Source of the DNA: Histomonas meleagridis 2922-C6/04-290x
Taxonomy: Eukaryota; Protista; Parabasalia
Direction of reading: 5' to 3'
Assembly (NCBI GenBank): GCA_020184695.1
Contig: JAANOX010000007.1
Span: 62,001 to 126,000, forward strand
Length of the DNA: 64,000 nucleotides
This document shows positions 59,024 through 64,000 of the stretch, piece after piece. The first letter of the stretch is position 1; each line of letters begins with the position of its first letter. The position numbers and the translations under genes were made by a program. The notes under the pieces are model-generated. The model saw nothing but the letters and a program-made list of their open reading frames with translations. It was not told the DNA's origin and did no database searches.

Positions 59024-60220
59024 ATGTCTATTAAGGTTCCAGCTGGATACCAATATAAAACTTCCCTTGAAATTGTGGCAAAGTACATTGGTTTTAATGC
59101 AGATTTTAATGAAGATACAGAAATTACAATTCCAACACTTAAGGTTGGAGAAAAAGAAATTTGCGGATTTGTTTCAATTGCAAATGAAATGGCTCGTACT
59201 ACGAAGGTTGGAGGGAAGCTTGTGAGCAAGCGTTTACTTGCAGATGGCGATGCTCAAAATTCAGCTTTGATTGAACAATTCACATCAATTGCCGATTCAA
59301 TATTTAACGAAACAAGTAAATCAGATGTAAAGGCTGTTATTGGTCAAATCCAGTCACACATTAAGACAATGACTTATTTGGTTTCTGATACATTAACAAT
59401 GGCTGATATTCTCATGTTTTTGGCTCTTTACCCATCTGCCAAAGATCTTTCTGATCAGGAAAAGAAATCAGATTTTGCCGATGTTGTTCGTTGGATGCTC
59501 TTTATTAATTCCCAACTTGGAAATCCATTCCAACCAATTGAAGTTCAAAAGGGAGAATACCATTCCAAGAACAAGGGTACAAAAGCCTCTCAACAAAAAG
59601 GCAACAATCAATCTCACAAAAATAATAACAATGACCAACAATTACCACAAGGCGGCAGGAAAGCCAAGAAGCAAGCTAAGCCCAAGCAGCCAGCAGCTCC
59701 TAAAGAACCAGAATGTGATCCATTCCAAATGATTGATGTTCGTGTTTCACGAATTGTAAAAATTTGGCCACATCCCGATGCCGATACTCTCTACTGCGAA
59801 GAAATTGATATTGGTGATGGTGTTATCAAGAGGGTTATTACAGGTGTTCGTAATTACATTCCAATTGAGGAAATGGAAAATCGCCTTGTTGTTGTCTTCA
59901 CTAACATCAAACCTGGAAAGATAAGAGGCCAGCCGTCAGAGGCTATGGTTTTCGCCGGCTCGAACGCTGACCATTCGAAAGTGGAACTTTTGACACCTCC
60001 CGCCGATACACCGGTTGGAACTCGCGTTCTCTGCGGAGACTTCGTAAATCCTGAAATTAAGCCATCAGTTGATAGCAAAGGAAAGTGGTGGAAAGCTGTG
60101 AGCGCAAACAATCAATTGACAATCAATGCTGATGGACAAGCATGTTACAAAGGAGTACCGCTTCGTGTCCCACAAGGTAACATTACAGTCGCCACCCTTA
60201 CCAACTGTGAATTCCATTAA
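59024..60220 (+). CDS. Arc1p/AIMP1(EMAP II)-like tRNA-binding protein with GST-like N-terminus
   Basis: TYLVSDTLTMADILMF (GST-C-like); IDVRVSRIVKIWPHPDADTLYCEEIDIG...NIKPGKIRGQPSEAMVF (tRNA-binding OB fold). Confidence 0.88.
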   Translation: MSIKVPAGYQYKTSLEIVAKYIGFNADFNEDTEITIPTLKVGEKEICGFVSIANEMARTTKVGGKLVSKRLLADGDAQNSALIEQFTSIADSIFNETSKSDVKAVIGQIQSHIKTMTYLVSDTLTMADILMFLALYPSAKDLSDQEKKSDFADVVRWMLFINSQLGNPFQPIEVQKGEYHSKNKGTKASQQKGNNQSHKNNNNDQQLPQGGRKAKKQAKPKQPAAPKEPECDPFQMIDVRVSRIVKIWPHPDADTLYCEEIDIGDGVIKRVITGVRNYIPIEEMENRLVVVFTNIKPGKIRGQPSEAMVFAGSNADHSKVELLTPPADTPVGTRVLCGDFVNPEIKPSVDSKGKWWKAVSANNQLTINADGQACYKGVPLRVPQGNITVATLTNCEFH

Positions 60221-60484
60221 ATAAAACAAAAATACAAAATTTGATTAATGATATCATTAATTCCAAGAAAAAAAAAATAATAAATAAATTTCTTTAAATA
60301 AACTGAATGAACGACATATGTTAATTGCAAACTAAAGTATTTCTATTGATAAAAGATGAGAATAAGTTGAATGCTTGAGAAAGACCAAACGCGCCTGCAA
60401 AAAACGATATAACTTTTTGAATATCAAAGATTTTGATGAAAAGAAAAAGTTATTATAACAAGTGATTTATAAATCATAAGTTTG

Positions 60485-61813
60485 TTAAACAAGTGTATCT
60501 ATGAAACAAGCATTTTCCATGGTGAATCCCTGAAGCATTTCTTGCGTTTCAGCACTTATTAGTTCAGGGTTTTCATACGAAAACACAGGATTTTCATTTG
60601 TGAACTGCTTATCAAATTGGGAAGTATCAGTATCACTACATAAATTAGGCTTCCACTCCATAGGCACTGTCTTTAACAATAAGCCTTCCCAATCAACGCC
60701 TTCAAAGAATGGATGATTTTGCACATCATCGATTTCATTTGGACCAGATCCAAGTCTTTTTGCAGGATCTTTTTCCAACAATTTTGATATGAAATCAATT
60801 ACTTCATTTGATCCTCCAACAGGAAACTCGACAGGGTCATAAACTATTGAGCGAAACATAACATTTGTATCAGAATTATAAAATGGCGAACGACCATAAA
60901 GCATTTCATATGTTAAAATGCCGAGCGACCACCAATCTACAGCTTTATCATATGGTTTCGACAAGAGCATTTCGGGAGCAACATAATCTGGCGTACCGCA
61001 AAACGTTGATGCTCTGTCACCTTCATTATCCATTTTTTCTTTAGCGAGACCGAAATCGGTCAGTTTAATATATCCATCTTCGTCGACTAATATGTTTTCA
61101 AGTTTAAGATCGCGATGTACAATTCCAATAGAGTGAAGATAACAAAGCGCGAGAACTAACTGTGCAACATATAACTTTACACGATCTTCTGAAAACTTCC
61201 TTTCTTTACATAGACGAGTAAATAATTCTCCGCCAGGAACATACTCTAATGCTAAGAATAATTTTGTTGGTGATTGAAATGAATAACGAGCTGATGTCAG
61301 AAATGGATGATTAGCTTTGAGTAATGCGTTTCTTTCTGTTAAGGTCTTCCCGATGAGATTATAATCGGCTAAGAACCTTTTGGATAATGATTTTAATGCA
61401 TATAATTGACCATCACTTTTATGTTTAACTAATTGAACTTTACCATATGAACCACGCCCAATGACTTTTAGAACAGTAAAGTCAGTGATTTGGATGGTGA
61501 CTTTCTTTCTACCTTGTTTAGCTTGCGCTAATTCTTTCATCCATTCTTGAGTTTCTTTCTCGGACTTGAATTGAAGATAAAGTTTCTTTTTATCAGTACG
61601 AATAAAGACAACATTTTTTCGTTTGTTCTTTAAATCAAGCGTAATTTCTTCAGCTTCTTTCATATTGATTGTCTTGAAGCTTTTCTGCCCTGGTTTTTTA
61701 CTGTAGTTTAAAACATTTCCATCAAGTACAAACCATCGCTTTTGCCATGTCTTGAAGATGCCGCCGGGCTTGTATGCAAAGCCTTGCTTCGATAAGCATT
61801 CTTGGTTCGCCAT
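60485..61813 (-). CDS. PH-domain AGC kinase (Akt/PKB-like)
   Basis: PH motif KTWQKRWFVL; VIGRGSYGKV, HRDLKLEN, DFGLAK, TFCGTPDYVAPE, DWWSLG, AGC tail FDKQFT. Likely start MANQE at 61813. Confidence 0.92.
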   Translation of the reverse strand: MANQECLSKQGFAYKPGGIFKTWQKRWFVLDGNVLNYSKKPGQKSFKTINMKEAEEITLDLKNKRKNVVFIRTDKKKLYLQFKSEKETQEWMKELAQAKQGRKKVTIQITDFTVLKVIGRGSYGKVQLVKHKSDGQLYALKSLSKRFLADYNLIGKTLTERNALLKANHPFLTSARYSFQSPTKLFLALEYVPGGELFTRLCKERKFSEDRVKLYVAQLVLALCYLHSIGIVHRDLKLENILVDEDGYIKLTDFGLAKEKMDNEGDRASTFCGTPDYVAPEMLLSKPYDKAVDWWSLGILTYEMLYGRSPFYNSDTNVMFRSIVYDPVEFPVGGSNEVIDFISKLLEKDPAKRLGSGPNEIDDVQNHPFFEGVDWEGLLLKTVPMEWKPNLCSDTDTSQFDKQFTNENPVFSYENPELISAETQEMLQGFTMENACFIDTLV

Positions 61814-62384
61814 TAAATCAGAATGATTTTTAACAACATGTTGTTTTCTATTCAAAAAATAAATTCTTATCAAAAATTAGATAAAGGTTTGAATTAAGTA
61901 ATTGGTCCAGATTTTATTTCTCAATGGAGATATCCTTTGAGGTTTTTCAAAGTTTCTAATTATGACCAACCCCAACTCAAATTTTTCATCAACGTTTCGT
62001 CAGCGTCATTTTTTGGAAAAATCCATCAGAAAAAAACATCAATTTCAAACCGGCAGAAACTTAAAATTTGTTAAAAACAAACTGACAACGAGGGGAAATT
62101 TGAATTGTTGTATAACACTTTTCATTACCGATTTCTGAGGTAAAATCCTCAGAATATTTTAACGCTGACCGATCATTTCACACACAATATTTCCTTTAGG
62201 TTTGTTTTGAATTAAAAGTGTTATTTCATTCCAACAAATTGCAATTTATTTTTTCTGATAGTGCTATCGAATTTGTGGAAAAAATCAAGTCAAATTCAAA
62301 TTTAAAAAATTCCTATGTAAAAATGATTCATAATTTTATCTCTTCATTAAATGCATTTTCAATGAAAATTGTGTGAAAAATATT

Positions 62385-62951
62385 TTATAAGAATTCGATT
62401 TTAAGATTATATCCATCAACAATTTTGAATGAGTTAAATTTGTTCAGTGCATCGGCTGCTTGTGTTTCATCATTATAATACACATGAGCAAAGCCATCCA
62501 TCATCTCGGTCTTTTGGAACCCAGGAGTTTGTCTGAAAATGACGGATAAAAGACGAGAATCAGCCTTTGGTGGATATCCTGTGACCTTAAGAATTCTATT
62601 TGTTTCCTTTGTTTCTGGTTCAGGCTCTGGTTGTTGTTCCTCTGTCTCACCTCTTGGCTGGTAAAATTCTGCAATTACTTTAGAATTATTTTTGGCGTAT
62701 TCAATATGAAGATCTTTTCCAAGCAAATTAAATCCTTGAAGTCGCTGCATGACAACATTAGCAATTTCAACACTAGAAAAAGAAACCCATGCTTGGCCTC
62801 TTGTTTTTGATCCTTTTCGAGCCTCAATTTCAACAACGGGGGCAACTGAAGAGAAAAGGCAATATATTTCCCTCTTAAGCTCTGGAATTGAAATTTTGTC
62901 ATTCAAGTTGTTGAGATAGAGAGTTTGGCTAGGAGCAATTGGGAGAGACAT
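62385..62951 (-). CDS. U1A/U2B'' snRNP protein (two RRMs)
   Basis: PSQTLYLNNLNDKI..ELKREIY.LFS and RGQAWVSF, as in U1A/U2B'' RRM1. Confidence 0.85.
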   Translation of the reverse strand: MSLPIAPSQTLYLNNLNDKISIPELKREIYCLFSSVAPVVEIEARKGSKTRGQAWVSFSSVEIANVVMQRLQGFNLLGKDLHIEYAKNNSKVIAEFYQPRGETEEQQPEPEPETKETNRILKVTGYPPKADSRLLSVIFRQTPGFQKTEMMDGFAHVYYNDETQAADALNKFNSFKIVDGYNLKIEFL

Positions 62952-63261
62952 CCAACCAAATTTGGGATACCCCTATTTTAATCGATCTTTTTCTCTTTGT
63001 TTTTTTTGCAATACTGACACATAATACAGTATTATTGAATAATAATCTTTCTTATAAAGAATGATATGAAAGAGAACAAATGGCCCTGCAATCTTGTGTC
63101 ATTTTAGATGATTTGATTTTCCAAAGTTTTGAGTTTTTTAAATTTCCTTATGAAATCAAATTCACATGTAAGCAACACGAAAAAAAAGGAGAGCTACCAA
63201 AAAGGCCATTTAACGTTAGGTTTAAAAAGAAATGAAAATTGATCAAATTAAAATTTATTGT

Positions 63262-63495
63262 TTAAAAACCTGCACGAAGGGCAAGAACCATATGGAGAAC
63301 TTCGCCTGCATTGATATGTGATGATTCAATAGTTGCTTGATCGTTCAAATTTTGACCACGGAATAAAAGTCTTTGTTGTTGAACGGAAATACCTTCGCGT
63401 TGTTGAAGCTCCTCTTTTATTGCAGCAATTGTCATTCCTGGTTCAACATCAATTTGGTGCTTTCTTCCAGATACAGTGTGAACTTGGATGAGCAT
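63262..63495 (-). CDS. NEDD8/RUB1-like ubiquitin-like protein
   Basis: 77 aa; IKEELQQREGISVQQQRLLFRGQ...LHMVLALRAGF. Confidence 0.8.
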   Translation of the reverse strand: MLIQVHTVSGRKHQIDVEPGMTIAAIKEELQQREGISVQQQRLLFRGQNLNDQATIESSHINAGEVLHMVLALRAGF

Positions 63496-63600
63496 TTTGA
63501 AAAGTGGTATTGTTTATTGCCTTTGACATGTGATTTGAAAATGTTGATTCACCATTGAATCAAATCACATTAGATATTATTATTTTTATACAAAATTGTT

Positions 63601-63682
63601 GGTACTTTGGCCGAGTGGTCTAAGGCGTTGGATTTAAGCCCCAATACCGAGAGGTGCGTGGGTTCGAACCCCACAGGTACCA
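63601..63682 (+). tRNA. tRNA-Leu (anticodon TAA)
   Basis: Acceptor GGTACTT/AGGTACC+A, D-arm GCCGAGTGGTCTAAGGC, anticodon loop TTTAAGC, long variable arm, T-loop GGTTCGAACC. Confidence 0.92.
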
Positions 63683-64000
63683 ATTTTTATTTTTTCTTAA
63701 TAAAATGAACTTTTTTTACGAATCATCAACTTGGATTTTGTTATTTGGAGTTGAAAGTCATGGCAAACAATGGTTGTGGATTGTTAGATAGATGATACAA
63801 AATTGTCAACATAAAGTTCTGTTAATTAAGTGGTTATGACGGTTTTTTATTCAAATGCTTAAATTGAAAGAAAAAAATAAAAACTTCTCGAAATATATTG
63901 AATATTTTCATCAATAATTGGCTTAAATATATTATACTGTATATAATTTATATCATTTTAGAATTTAAAATGCTATTTTCTATCACATAATTTGTTTAAT

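Noticed and set aside
58639-59229. 5' two-thirds of track ORF 58306-59229
   Set aside because: Antisense to the Arc1p-like gene plus AT-rich intergenic sequence; only the PX-like part from 58638 looks coding.
62385-62951. U1A/U2B'' gene as a linked component of the 17-nt processing system
   Set aside because: An ordinary spliceosomal gene; proximity in a gene-dense eukaryotic genome is not evidence of a functional link.

Overview
AT-rich eukaryotic DNA from a parabasalid protist (Tritrichomonas/Trichomonas-like), judged from an IBD (initiator-binding domain) gene, an expanded DUF3447-ankyrin family and compact, apparently intron-poor genes. Ordinary genes: CRM1/exportin-like (runs off the window), inositol polyphosphate kinase, R2R3 Myb, SLC12 cotransporter, Sir2, BCAT, LRR, SCAMP, pecanex, PDK1- and Akt-like kinases, Arc1p/AIMP1-like, U1A/U2B'', a NEDD8-like UBL and tRNA-Leu(TAA). 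Several genes are split by single-base indels in short runs, suggesting assembly error. Main result: in five DUF3447-ankyrin loci plus one relic, each ankyrin beta-hairpin (D-x-x-G-x-T) is written as an 80-nt stretch of four 20-nt blocks. Each block is a 17-nt U-rich, non-GT-AG element followed by one codon. Removing the 17-mers by hand from about 34 spacers (roughly 130 elements) gives no stop codon among the retained triplets. It yields typical ankyrin linkers (DEDGETAL, DKDGDTAL, DADGQTAL, NKHGFSPL) and fuses the apparent pseudogene fragments into long ankyrin proteins, most with a proper C-terminal stop. This implies an unusual decoding step (non-canonical micro-intron splicing around 3-nt exons, another RNA deletion, ribosome skipping, or DNA excision). 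I know of no description of it; RNA-seq and proteomics are needed.
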